This document shows, in pieces, positions 30,030-43,799 of a stretch of 64,000 nt of DNA. The number at the start of each line of letters is the position of its first letter. Within the stretch, counting starts at the first letter, position 1. The notes under the pieces were generated by a model. The model ran no database searches. It saw only the letters and a program-made list of their open reading frames with translations, and was not told the origin of the DNA. The DNA is taken from contig OX597820.1 in the NCBI GenBank assembly GCA_951406725.2, positions 2,294,001 through 2,358,000 on the forward strand, read 5' to 3'. This DNA comes from Octopus vulgaris. Lineage: Eukaryota. A program made the position numbers and the translations under genes.

Positions 30030-30200
30030 TGGACGTCTATCTTCTGACTCAACGTTCTGGGTTCAAATTCTGCCGAGGTCGACTTCGCCTGTCATCCTTC
30101 CGGGGTCGATAAATTAAGTACCAGTGAAATACTGGGGTCGATATAATCGACCATCTCGTCTCCTATAATTTCAGGTCTCGCCCCTATTTGTAGAAAGAAT
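30030..30200 (+). mobile_element. SINE family B
   Basis: GGGTTCAAATTC..GAGGTCGACTTCGCCTGTCATCCTTCCGGGGTCGATAAATTAAGTACCAG. Confidence 0.8.
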
Positions 30201-31599
30201 ATACACATATATTAGAAATACACGCACACACACAAACACATACACACACGCACACACATACACACACGCACACACATACATACGTATACACAATCAAATG
30301 TATATATAATTTATTTATACCTATATATGCTTAAATATATTTGTAAAACATTTGACCGCTAACGGGATCGCTGGATACACTAGAAATAGCAGCTAAGCCT
30401 ACCTCACATTGCACGTTGTCGTCTAAATTTTAAAAAAAGATATAATTAGATAATTCAGTCCTAGACATCTATAAGATGCGATGGCCACGGTTGAGTTGTC
30501 TCTGGGGGTTGAAGAACAACAACAACAACCATGATGACGACGAGAAATGACCACAACATTTACTGGTCGCTTTCAGAGGTGACAAATGTGGAGGGGGGTG
30601 GAGCTACGGACAATTAATTACTGGTATTCATTAAATAGAAAACTGAGGAATTAAGAGTGAAGCTGACTTTGATGCGATTTGAACTCAATACTGAAATGAA
30701 AGTATAGAATGTCACTCATTCTGTGTGGCATTTCTGTCTGTAGCTGTTTTGATGGGTTTTGTTTATAAGCACACACATATGCGTGCGCGTGCGCGCGCGT
30801 CTGTGTGTCTGTGTGTGTGTTTGAGTATGTATATATGTATGTATATGTGTGTGTGAGTGTGTGTATATATACACGCATATATATGTACGTACGTTTGCAT
30901 GTATGTATGTGTATGTGTGTGTGCGCGTATGTGTGTGTGCATGCATTTCTGTATGCATACAGACTTGCATACATGTATATGTGTCTGTGTGTGTGCATAC
31001 GCATACACACATGTATACATGCATTCACACGCACACACACATAATATACATGCACATACGTACATATATGCATGTATGTATGTATGTATGTATGTATGTA
31101 TGTGTGTGTGTATGTATGTATGTATGTATGTATGTATGTATGTATGTATGTATGTATGTATGTATGTGTGTGTGTGTATGTATGTATGTATGTATGTATG
31201 TATGTATGTATGTATGTGTGTGTGTATGTATGCATTCTGCATTGCGTTCGGTGCTGAGCGTTCCAGTTATGCATGCTCGCTCCATTAAGCAGGCAACTCA
31301 TTGAATTTTTACTGAAAACGCGAAGAATTCCAGAGACACATGCACTTTTACGGTAATCCTCAAGCGGAACCAGCGTGAAAATGTATGCACGAGACAAAGA
31401 CTCGTCTTTGGAATCTCACGCACAGTCCGTCCGAGGAGTTTCCACATACTTTCCGTCTACACAGTTTTACTCACAAGGATTGAGTTCAGCCGACGCTAAA
31501 GTTAAAAACTTCTTGATCTCGATTAGAAGTGGACTTTTAAACACTCAATCAAGCTTGCACGCATACATACATATAATAATGATTATATGTATGTATAAT

Positions 31600-31740
31600 A
31601 ATTTTTTCCTCCTATTCCTTTCTGACGAAGAGCGTAGGCACGAAAAGTCAAAGACTTTTCTATTTTTCGCGAGCGTCAAACGAATACACTTGTTTGTCGT
31701 ACCTACACTTGTCTTCATCTTTTGTTTTCTGAAAATTTGA
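31600..31740 (+). mobile_element. PLE pLTR fragment (P1) with minimal hammerhead at 31618-31653
   Basis: CTTT CTGACGA A GAGC GTAG GCAC GAAA AGTC AAAG; homologous to the 16910, 19290 and 43800 copies. Confidence 0.75.
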
Positions 31741-31758
31741 AATATATATATATATATA

Positions 31759-31806
<48 letters not shown>

Positions 31807-31847
31807 GTTATGTTGATGTAAATCGGGAAGATAGGACTCAAAATATA

Positions 31848-31919
31848 CAGGGTGACTAAAGGTCCGAGAGTTTGATAATAACCAACGCGCGCGAAGCTCT
31901 CGGACCTTGAGTCACTCTG
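31848..31919. mobile_element. 72-bp palindromic Tc1/mariner-type MITE
   Basis: TA-CAGGGTGACTAAAGGTCCGAGAGTT ... AGCTCTCGGACCTTGAGTCACTCTG; 25-bp arms, 3 mismatches. Confidence 0.7.
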
Positions 31920-32017
31920 TTACTTCTGGTAAATATCAATATCTATATATATATACACACGAATGTATGTGCGTAGGTGTTTTATACATGTGTGTGTATA
32001 CGTGTGTGTGTGTGTGT

Positions 32018-32220
32018 AAGGCGGCGAGCTGGCAGAGTCGTTAGCACTCTGGGTGAAATGCTTAGCGGTATTTTGTGCATCTTCGTGTTCTGAGTTCAAA
32101 TTCCGCCGAGGTTGACTTTACCGTTCATCCTTTCGAGGTCGGTAAATTAAGTACCAATTGAGTACCGGGGTCGATGAAATCGACTTTCCCAGCCCTAAAA
32201 ATTGCTGGCCTTGTGCCACA
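32018..32220 (+). mobile_element. SINE family B, full head
   Basis: GGCGGCGAGCTGGCAGAGTCGTTAGCAC..GAGTTCAAATTCCGCCGAGG. Confidence 0.85.
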
Positions 32221-32418
32221 AGTTCTTAGGAATCGAGAGTTTCGTGCCAAAGCACTTTTGATCGAGGAAAAGCGGTTTGACACGAAGAATTACGCCCTTA
32301 AGTAACCTACGGCGCATATTTCACTAACCATAAATTATGTATAAACCCATTACATGTGTGTATATGCAATAAGTATTGTGTGTGTATATATAGATAGAAA
32401 GACAGACACATATAGATG

Positions 32419-32482
<64 letters not shown>

Positions 32483-32698
32483 TGCAAACGTATGTGTGTG
32501 AGCGTAATGGGAGGAGGGTGGCGTCAGGACCGGTGATTTCGACGCATGTGGGCCTCAACTATCTCGTGTCTGTGTCTGTGGTGTGATATCCAACCAGCTT
32601 TATAGATTTGCAAGTCATACCAGCACACCTCTAACAAATTCCAGGGCTAAGAGATGAAACTCGTGATGCATAGGACTCGTAATTTCTTGCTATATATA

Positions 32699-32782
<84 letters not shown>

Positions 32783-32958
32783 GCTCTGTACGTAACGAGC
32801 TTATCTAATCTTGAGGTGTCAAAGGTTTTGTGTTGGTGTATGTTTTATAGTGTTCTGGTAATCGGTCCACCGAGAACACAGATATCTATGTTTGTGTATC
32901 AATATTACCAGTGAAACGCATGTCTTCGACCGAAACGACGGAGCTTGCCCCACAAATA

Positions 32959-33181
32959 CAGAAATCCTACGCTATATCGCGGTTCACTTATCACGGTTTA
33001 TTATTTAAACTTACATCGATTCCTCTGTGGTGTTGTTTTGCATTTATTATAAAATAAATATATACAAATTATAAAAATAATTTTTAAAAAATAAAATAAC
33101 AGTACTGTTTCTACTTCGCGGATTTTCACCACTCGCGATGGGGTTTGGAACATAACGCCCGCGATAAACGAGGGATTACTA
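32959..33181. mobile_element. Tigger/pogo-like MITE (relatives ~52058-52200 and ~58055-58278)
   Basis: TA-CAGAAATCCTACG.. and ..CGAGGGATTACT inverted ends; internal sequence shared by three copies. Confidence 0.75.
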
Positions 33182-33746
33182 CACATCTTCCATGCTACAA
33201 CACCAGGTGGCCGTTGAACGAGCGACCATTCTTTACATTCCAATATTCAGTGATGGCTCGTGTGGGGCATTTTGCGCTCCATCAAAATCAGAAAAGGCCA
33301 TTTCACGTTTGTAACGTTGGTAGATTCTGGTGATGGTAGCATCGGTGGAGAGTAAGGATGGCTCAGTCAGAGTCTGACATTTGCAACTGCTCTCCACTTA
33401 TTGTTACGAGTAAACACCCTCAACTCGCTGTTTGAGCGGAGGGCATTGTGCTTAATGATCTTTCAGCTCATTTGGGTGTGTTTTTTGTTGGGGTTTTTCC
33501 CCCAAGTTGAGTGGGGGAGTTAGTTTTTTGTAAGGTGTAGTGACAGTGTTTGGGGGTGTTATACATGTGTGTCAGGGTACATATAGGTAGTGGGGACTGT
33601 TGGTATTATATGTTGCCGCGGCAACAAACCCTACCCTCCCTCGTGTGTCCGGGTGGTCCTTCATTTTTAGTGCTTTATACTGTTTTGTATCTAATGTCTG
33701 TTGGTGTGATCTGTGACAATATTTTATGCTGTAATGCGCTGTTTTG

Positions 33747-33777
<31 letters not shown>

Positions 33778-33837
33778 ATTTACTATATTTTGTTACGGTC
33801 AGATCAACAAAAAAGTACGTCATCCGGTAAGAGATAA

Positions 33838-34060
33838 ATATCGTTGGTAGCTCATAACGATATATTTATTGAAATACATTTCAATAAATATATAGTTATG
33901 AGCTACCAACAGTTTCATACGTTAGAGACGTGGTCTGGGCAAGTTTTTCTAACATGCCTAGTGTCTCCAGGTCATCTTCTTGGAGACACTAGGCGTGTTA
34001 GAAAAACCTGCTTAGACCACGTCTCTAATGTATGAAGCTATTAGCAGCTCGTAACTACAT
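33838..34060. repeat. Nested/overlapping inverted repeats (hairpins 33843-33910 and 33893-34057)
   Basis: 33-bp arms with 1 mismatch and a 2-nt spacer; ~79-bp arms with 11 mismatches. Confidence 0.92.
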
Positions 34061-34295
34061 GCTGTGTACATTAAACCATATATGTATACTGAGTCCGACA
34101 AAACACTGTATACACACTTCGGAAGGGAAAAATCTGTGTAAATATTTTAATTCGGTGTTATTAAAATTCATCCAGGGTAACTGCAATTCGATAAAACATT
34201 GGAAGAAGAATCTATTTTTATAGAGGAACTTGTAGAAGTGAAATGTTTATACAGACTTTTCCATTCCTGAAATGTGTATACATTCCTTTTGGCGG

Positions 34296-34400
<105 letters not shown>

Positions 34401-34674
34401 TCAAAACGCGGAGTAGATAAAACAGGGGACAACTGACGAAGGGATTGTCCTTAATGTTTGCCTGTCTCGTTTCTCTATTTGTTTCTTTCGTTGTTTGAAA
34501 AAAAAGTTCGTTTTCCAGGGGTTTTTTTATGTTCTCGCTTTTCATTTTGTTCACGTTTTCTTTTTACGTCCTGTACGCATATATGCATGTATATATACAT
34601 ATATATGTAGGTATGTACATATATGTATGTAGATATGCATAGACATATATATATATTATTTATATTATATATAA

Positions 34675-34739
<65 letters not shown>

Positions 34740-34756
34740 TATATATATACATACAT

Positions 34757-34794
<38 letters not shown>

Positions 34795-34953
34795 GTTATT
34801 ATGTCCAGTTCTAATAAAAACAATTTTACATTAATTTGGAGGGTTATTCTAAACTTTTGTAGAGTACAAATTTATTATTCTTAAGAGCACAAGAATATCA
34901 TCGACAGTGACTTCGAAGTTTTCGACCATCTAAGCCATCGTTGAACCATATAC

Positions 34954-35004
<51 letters not shown>

Positions 35005-35111
35005 TCATTGTGTGGTTTGTTGTGGATATAATAGGGCCCAGGTAGGAATGACATAATAAATTAAAGACCGCTCCTCGCACCGTGTTGTCGTTTGTTTCTG
35101 TCAATCAATTC

Positions 35112-35300
35112 CAGTGGCGTACGTAGCTAAGGTGTGGCGAAGAGAGCAACCCGCCCAGGGTGACTTTTTTTTATGGGTGCGGCACTTTTACGTTTGCTGT
35201 ATAGGCCTGTATAGGCTTCGGTGATCGGGGGGGGGGGGAGATGGAGTAGTAAATTCAAGGGCTGCTGACCCGGGTGGCACACAGTCTGGCAACGCCACTG
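35112..35300. mobile_element. hAT-like non-autonomous DNA element
   Basis: CAGTGGCGT ... ACGCCACTG terminal inverted repeats; flanks ATCAATTC/GTCAAATG may be a decayed 8-bp TSD. Confidence 0.6.
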
Positions 35301-35833
35301 GTCAAATGTGTGGAACATGTGATCGCTCTATGTTTGTACACCGTTTTTGCTTTGCTTATAACGTCTTCAATTTGTGTTGTAAACGTTGTGGAAGGATTGT
35401 ATGCAACTCCCACTAGTTCTGTGGTGTGTGTGTGTGTGTAGTATGATGTTTGTGTTGTGTGGGGCCTGCGATGGTTGGTGGTGTCTGATGTTCCCTAGTG
35501 GCTGGCAATAAAGAAAGACAATGGATGATTTGGTCGGCGATGAAGTCTGTAGTTGTGTTATTATTATTCAAATCGTCGCCGTCGTTGTTGCAGCTTCTGT
35601 TTGTCTCCGATTAGCATTCATTAAGCAGACCCATAATGAAAGACTTTCTAGCCACGACCACCCCATCCGTTTTTTTCTTTCTTTTCTTCAATCGTAATTA
35701 CCTTAGACTACATTATTCATGGCTCTGTCTCAAGACGGCATGACATAATTTCTAGGGAAATCGGTAACGTTTCTGATTGGTTGAGCAACCACATACAGAT
35801 TCCCCCGTTGGCCCGCTGCTTTTATTGTTGTTG

Positions 35834-35865
<32 letters not shown>

Positions 35866-36235
35866 GGTGGTGGTGGTGGTGGTGGTGGTGGTGGTGGTGG
35901 TATTTAGTCCCAACGGATTCAATGAAGTCATATGACTTAGTAACTATAAATAGCCAGATGCTTTATTCCTCTCCATGGGTGCGTTATCTCTGATGAGCTG
36001 GCAGTTAGGATTGAACCCAGGTCAAGCCAATCCTCTCCGTTTTCTGTCCAATCATGTGAGAGGTGTTTTCTATGTTCGATATTTCTTTTCAACTGATTAG
36101 TCATCATTAGTTTTTATTTTATCGATCAAGGCAAAAACGAAAATCGATCTCTTTATGTACATAAAAACTATATATATCATGTGTGGGGGTGGGCGAGGTT
36201 GGTAGTCGTGTGGGTTCTGTGATGGGGGTGCGTGT

Positions 36236-36319
<84 letters not shown>

Positions 36320-36324
36320 CAGAT

Positions 36325-36499
36325 AGGCGCAGGCGTGAGTATGAGGTGAGAAGCTTGCTTCCCAACCACATGGTTCTGGGTTCAGTTTCATTGCATGGCA
36401 CCTTGGGCAAATGTCTTCTACTATAACCTCGGACTGACCAAAGCCTTGTGAATGAATTTGGGAGAGGGAAACTGAAAGAAGCCCGTCGTATATATACAT

Positions 36500-36550
<51 letters not shown>

Positions 36551-36635
36551 ACTGGTGTCGATTCGTGCGACTAAAATTCTTCAAGGCGGTGCCCCAGCAT
36601 GGTCGCAGTCTAATGACTAAAACAAGTGAAGATAA
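36325..36635 (+). mobile_element. SINE family A with internal deletion
   Basis: Head and terminal body match the family. Confidence 0.8.
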
Positions 36636-38568
36636 GATGATGTGTGTGTGTGTGTGTGTGTGTGCATTTAAATTTGTATCTGTGTGTATTTGTGTTCCCG
36701 TACGAATGTATATGTATGGGCACACACACACACATACACACACCTACACATACACACACACACATGTGTGCTGTAATGTCAGAATGAGAAACGTATGTTG
36801 ACACGCGCTTCACTCTCCACAGCCGACCTCCTCAACTACTACTGCTACTACAAGAGATACAGCTGACAGCTTAATGCCCACTATTTACTCCGCTTGTAAA
36901 TTTTAAACTGAAATCCTCTCACAGATCTTATAGAAGGCAACGGGCTCGACTTCAGCATAGTTTTCAGCGCTGAACTCAAGCAGAAAAATAACCACTGATT
37001 GAATAGCTTAAATTAAGGATGGGGGGGAATCAGTCAATATTTTCCCATTTTTTGAAATTTTTTTTGCGGTTTAATAAGAAGACTGTTTTACATTTCCCTC
37101 GTCTCACTCCGAAAGGGACGAAGAAACCACGATTTAAGGGGTGCTGTAGTAGAAGGCAGTGCATCGTGATACTGGTTATTCTCATGCAGGAGACTGGTCA
37201 GAATGCTAGAATCGAACCCTGCAACCATGTGACTGTGAAGAGAACTTCTCAGCCATACGGACATGGCTGCCGCCTGACCCCTACTCACCACCACAAGCCA
37301 TCCTTGTGCTGCTCCACAAATACGCTGGCATAAACTCACACACATACAGATTATGTCAAAGAATGGGACTGTGTGGCGTTCGTGCCTTTCTCAAATTCGT
37401 TTCAAATTTGACACTAGGCCGATAAATACGGAGGGAGTAAGTCGATTACATTGATCCCCCAGTATTCAGCTGGTACTTATTTTATTGACCTCGAAAGGAT
37501 TAAAGCCTAAGTCGACCTCAAAACGTGAAGACGGACAAAATGTTTCTAAGCTTTTAATCCGGCGTGCTTACGATTCTGTGACTTTTCTCAACCTTCCTTG
37601 CAGTGGACCCTATTAAAGATACACCAAGGGGCCAATTGCGGTGATGCTTAACGGGGTGACGTATAAAATCTAAGAAGACGAATTGGTTGAGTCTCTAAGG
37701 TGTTCGGTGGAATGCCTCGCTTTATTTGTTCTTGCTCACTACAAACTGGGTTCAAATCCGACAGCGGTCAGCTTTGCCTTTTGCTCTTTCGGAGCCGATA
37801 AAACAATGGCGATTGATTGATGGAACTGTTGGCACGTTAGATCGAATACTTTGCTGCATTTGTTCCGTTCTTTGACAGTCAGAGTTCAGATTCCGCTGCT
37901 GTTAATTTATCTTTCGTTCTTTCAGGGTCGATAAAACAGGGCCAGTCCGATGTGGTTTAGAACTGTTAGAGTGCCGGGCAAGATACGTTGTGCTATCTGA
38001 CCCTATGTTTCTCATAGCAACGACCGCGACAACATTGGTGCCAAACTTCAAGGACCCAAGTCGGTATCCTTAAATAACTATCTAAGTGTGAAGAACTGTG
38101 CATGTATGACCACCAGTTGGCCTTCTTAAACAAAAAGAAAGCCTTACCCAGGATTGCACATATATATATGCAGATGCATGGTTAACATTGATTGTCGGAG
38201 GCCCTACCGATGTATTAAAACTCGCCACCCAGGGACCAGTACAGTCCGATCCGTGCGCTTTCTGCACAGTTACTGGACATCCTGATTTCATTCACAAATC
38301 TAGAATCGATCCTGCAACCATGTGACTGTTAAATGTACAACTCGGCCACACGGACATGGCTGCCTTTATAAGCCATGCCTCTGCTCCACAAATACGCAGA
38401 CATAAACTCATGCACATACATATGTCACAGAATGAGATTCTGTGATGTTCATGCCTTTCTCCAATATATTAACATCTTTTGCGGTGATGTGGTGCTAGCT
38501 ATGGTACCGACGGTTATATATTGGTGTTCATTTCTTTTACCTAAAGTGAAAAGAAAGTGTACAACTAA

Positions 38569-38625
<57 letters not shown>

Positions 38626-38749
38626 GTATGTGTGTGCGCGCGCTTATATGATTTTATACGCTTGTTTATATAAAAGCACATAAAGATGCATATATATATG
38701 TGTGTGTGTGTGTATATATATATATACATACATATATATGTATACATAC

Positions 38750-38904
<155 letters not shown>

Positions 38905-38984
38905 ATTTTAAAAATGATTATACCAATGGCCTAATGCATAGGTAAAAAATTTTTTTTTTTTTAAAACATGATTATGAAATATAA

Positions 38985-39373
38985 AGGGGCTAAACATAGA
39001 AAGGACAAACACAGGGATTCAGCCGATTACATCGACCCCAGTGCGTAACTGGTACTTATTTAATCGACCCCGAAAGGATGAAAGGCGAAGTTGACCTCGG
39101 CGTAATTTGAACTCTGAACGTAAGCGGCGGACGAAATACCTATTTCTTTACTAACCACAAGGAGCTAAACACAGAGAGGACAAACAGGGACAGACAAACG
39201 GATTAAGTCGATTATATCGACCCCAGTGTGTAACTGGTACTTATTTAATCGACCCCGAAAGAATGAAAGGCAAAGTTAACCTCGGCGGAATTTGAACTCA
39301 GAACGTAGCGGCGGACGAAATACCGCAAAGCATTTCGCCCGACGTGCTAACGTTTCTGCCAGCTCGCCGCTCT
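38985..39373 (-). mobile_element. SINE family B with internal tandem duplication and 17-bp TSD
   Basis: ATGATTATGAAATATAA at 38968-38984 and 39374-39390; core segment present twice. Confidence 0.9.
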
Positions 39374-39496
39374 ATGATTATGAAATATAATGATAATTAA
39401 GGACTATTGGATTATAGGTATTTGAAATCTACTTCTAGCATAGGCTGCTGGTCATATCCAGTAGCCCGTAATTATATTTTATAATTATGTTTTTAA

Positions 39497-39536
<40 letters not shown>

Positions 39537-39640
39537 AACGTATATATATATATATATACAAACGCATATATATATATATACAAACGTATATATATATATA
39601 TATATATATACAAACACACACAAACACACATATACATACG

Positions 39641-39803
39641 CTGTTGTATCTGGGGAGAGTCATTTTCTTTTTGTGCCTTATAATTTAACACACTAACCGG
39701 TAAAATTTACAATAAGAAATAGAAATAAGAAAAAAGTGGAAATTTTACTGGTGGGTTAAATAATAAGGCGCAAAAAGAGAATGACTCTCCCCAGACACAA
39801 CAG
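39641..39803. repeat. Inverted repeat with ~65-bp arms; related single copy near 43120-43240
   Basis: CTGTTGTATCTGGGGAGAGTCATT..GGTAAAATTT versus its reverse complement at 39740-39803. Confidence 0.85.
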
Positions 39804-40325
39804 AAAATGCTTCAACACACGAACTCACATAAAGAATCGTGCAAAGCAAATCCGAAAACGCAATATATACATACGCATGTATGAATACGTTTGTACATTT
39901 GATATTTTCTTTGAATACATCTGAGGTCTCTAACGGTCTTTGTTTATGAGCAGAATCGTTAGGGAGTTGGACAAAACTCTGCGCAGTATCTAGTTGCTGC
40001 TTTGTATGGTCTAAGTTCAAATCCCGCCAAAGCCGACTTCGTCTTTTATTCTTCTGGAGTCGGTAAAATCGTGAATCAGTCGAGTTTGATCTCAATATAA
40101 CAGACTCCGCCCTCCTCCTCACCCCCCCCCCCCAATGTACTTTAGTCAGAACTCCTCTTTGTTTTTTCTTCTCTCTTTACATTTTTTTTTTGCCAATCCA
40201 TTTTCTCTTTAGAATTTATCCCCCGCCACTCTTTCGTTTTGACATTTCAATCTCCGTCTCATAATTTTTCCCCTCACTCACAGGCATTGAAAACAAGGGA
40301 GGGCGATTCTAGAAATTTCCTATAA

Positions 40326-40372
<47 letters not shown>

Positions 40373-40452
40373 ACTCTTCTCACTTTCATTTCTCCATTCT
40401 ACTTGATTCTCATAGACACACACACACACATATAAGCTTTCTTTTTCTTTCC

Positions 40453-40483
<31 letters not shown>

Positions 40484-40553
40484 TCTATCTATCTATCTTC
40501 TCTATATTTTCACTCTGACGTTAGTTTTTTTCAAATCAACTCCTTCTTCGTCC

Positions 40554-40627
<74 letters not shown>

Positions 40628-41343
40628 GCTTTTCTCTTCATTTCCCCATTCTGATTCTCAAACACACACACACACACACTTGCATTTCTCTCTCTCTTTC
40701 CCTCCCTTTATCTCTCACCCCTTTTGTCTCTCCTCTCTCTCCCCCCTTCTCTCTCTCTCTCTCTTTCCTTCCCTTTATCTCTTACCCCTTTTGTCTCTCC
40801 TCTTTCTTCTCCTCTCTCTCTTCCTCTCTCTCTTAACTTCCCCTTGTTCATCCCAATCTCACTCCGTCCCTCACACTCTCTCTCTCATTCTCATTTCACT
40901 TCAAATCAATCCCAGACATGCACAGTCCTTCCGCCCCGCCACTCCCATCTCACCCACCGTCGGTAAATACTTTCATTTAAACTTAGTGAAGCCTAAAGTT
41001 AAATTGAAAATTTGTCACGGTCTTTAATCTATAACAATGCCCAGTGGGAGAGTCACGGTATTGTTATTTCCCTCAAAAGGGGAGCGGGGCAAAGAATTAA
41101 GGGGCGGTGGAGACCCAGATGTGAATCATTAACTATTGTTGTTTACATGTTTCACAGAATACTTCAATAATTTATTTTCTCCTCATTACTGTGGTAAATT
41201 TTAATTAATTTAGTGCGCACTTAACTATTTGCTTTACATGCAGCAGGTTTCCCTGCGCATTCTTTATTTATTTATCTGTTTGCGGTGATTCTTTTAGGCA
41301 GTCACGCGCCTAAGTGTTCTTTCGGTAAAATTTGGCATGTTGA

Positions 41344-41421
41344 CAGTTGATCGAAAACAGTTGATCGAAAACACTCGATCGGAAATAGGTTATCGGAATC
41401 AGCAGATCGAAATAGCAATCG
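41344..41421. repeat. 14-bp minisatellite CAGTTGATCGAAAA x ~5.5, decaying rightwards
   Basis: Two exact units then progressively diverged units. Confidence 0.8.
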
Positions 41422-41479
41422 CTGTAACACTGACTTGAATATCCAAGCAATCGATTTTTTTTTGCCATTTTTCTTTTCT

Positions 41480-41695
41480 ATCGCTTGTTTCAGTCATGCG
41501 ACTGCGGCCATGCTGGGGCACCGCTTTGAAGTGTCTAGTCGAACGAATCAATTCCAGTAACTATGAGTTTTGTTGTTGTTTTTTTTAATCTGGAACTTAT
41601 TCTATTGGTGTTATTTGCTGAGCCGCTAAGTTACGGATACGGAAACGTTAACAAACCAAATTCGGTTGCCAAGCGAGGGTGCAACAAACAGACAT

Positions 41696-41767
<72 letters not shown>

Positions 41768-41915
41768 GCATACACATACACACACGGCGGACTTTCTCAT
41801 AGTTTCCGCTTACCAAATTCACTTTCAAGGCATCGTTAGTCGACCTGGGGCCTGTGCGTTGGGACTGAAGCCGAAACCGCGTCGTTTGCAAAGCTGGTTT
41901 TTCAATCATACAGCC
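41480..41915 (-). mobile_element. SINE family A, diverged
   Basis: Body and head match the family. Confidence 0.75.
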
Positions 41916-43347
41916 ATAACATACATGCGTTTTGTGTGTGTGCGTGTGGGGGTGGGTTTCGTGCGTGTGTGTAACGGACTTCCACAGTTCCTGTCCACCA
42001 AATTCCCTTTACAAGCATTTGTGAACCCATGGGTAAAGTGAAAGTCACTTACTTCAGGTATTACGCAGGGAGAATCGAAACCAGAACCATATAGTTGTCA
42101 AAGAAACGTCTTAACCACACGTCTATTTTTTCCAACTCTTTTTATGCTAGAAGTCTCGACAACTCCACCCAGTATTGTGTACAAATCTTACTCGTATTGA
42201 CGAAGTCTTTTCTTTAATGATGTTTGATAAACCAGATACGGGACCAACTGTCATCCTGTTCAAACGCTAACCAGAATCAGCCTCGTTTCAAAGAAAAATA
42301 TATCATTAATACATCAGTATATGTTGGACAATAAAAATAATAGTGGTATTGCTAGAGTATTAATCGAATCTGGTTTTCCTTGCGTAACGCTTCTGTCTTT
42401 AAATCTTACAGAACATTAAGCTTGCTTTCATGTTCGGCCGGCATCGCCTACAGCATGCTAATGTTAAGACAATCTGTTACATCATTTTAGCTTCAAACAA
42501 TCGTGTCTGGTGCTTAAGAAAGCAATGAAGTGTGCGCACGGATTTAAAATAACAATTTTTATATAGCAATACTGGGTCTTGGGTTTGTGGCGGAATGCCT
42601 TTTCTCAAAGACATTAAAAACGCTGTGCAGGTGTGTGGCCTAGTAGTTACAGCATTAAGCTCACGATGATAAGATCGCGGGTTCGATTTCTGGGCCGGAT
42701 GGTGCGTTGTATATTAGAGCCGAGCACTTCGTTTTACGCTGCTTTTGTCTCTTTAGATGAAAATGAGAACCAGCCAAGATCTGGTGCAGCTGCACTTGTC
42801 TCCGGCTGTAACACCACTGGGGTCACACTGGGTCGAATGTGGAAGACTATCGTGAACCAGATACACGTGTATATCAGTGGGGATATGCATTATTGTGCAA
42901 TGAAGTTTCGGTGTTAATGAAATGATTTGGACACTGAAAACAGACCTTAAAGGGAAGAAAACTTTAAACCCAATGAATTCAGAGGAAAGCAATTATCAGC
43001 CAAGTATATTAGACAAAGGTGGGTTATTTTAGAGTTTTTACCCAATTACATTTCCTTTCCCATTTGCACGGTGTTCGCCATAAGATTTAAGCTTATAAAA
43101 AAATACCATTATTATTATTTAGAGTATTGTAAAATAGTGCCTCATTATTTAACACACTCACCGGTTCGATTTCCACTCATTTACTTTATTTTTTTTTTTA
43201 AATGTTCGTTGCGTCTTGCAACCTTTTCAATAGTCACAATTATATATATAATACTTTATTTGTTCCACGTCCTCGCGTTGTTGTGTGTTTTTTTTTTTGT
43301 GTTTTCTTGTTTGGATTAACTATATATATATATATTTATTTATACGC

Positions 43348-43507
43348 GTAGGAGTGGCTGTGTGGTAAGTAGCTTGCTTACCAACCACATGGTTCCGGGT
43401 TCAGTCCCACTGCATGGCACCTTGGGCAAGTGTCTTCTACTATAGCCCCCGGGCCGACCAAAGCCTTGTGAGAGGATTTGGTAGACGGAAACTGAAAGAA
43501 GCCTGTC

Positions 43508-43567
<60 letters not shown>

Positions 43568-43792
43568 GTATGTGTGTATATGCTTGTGTGTCTGTGTTTG
43601 TCCCCCCAACATCGCTTGACAACCGATGCTGGTGTGTTTACGTCTCCGTAACTTAGCGGTTCGGCAAAAGAGACCGATTGAATAAGTACTAGGCTTACAA
43701 AGAATAAGTGCTGGAGCCTATTTGCTCGACTACAGGCAGTGCTCCAGCATGGCCACAGTCAAATGACTGAAACAAGTAAAAGAGTAAAAGAA
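43348..43792 (+). mobile_element. SINE family A, near-consensus full-length copy
   Basis: GGAGTGGCTGTGTGGTAAG..GGGTTCAGTCCC..internal (TA)n..tail (GTAAAAGA)2. Confidence 0.9.
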
Positions 43793-43799
43793 TATAGCA

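Noticed and set aside
37205-38462. Direct repeat pair (~37205-37392 and ~38300-38462) as LTRs
   Set aside because: Diverged, begins with an old SINE-head-like sequence, and has no TG..CA ends or internal gag/pol; more likely an old local duplication.
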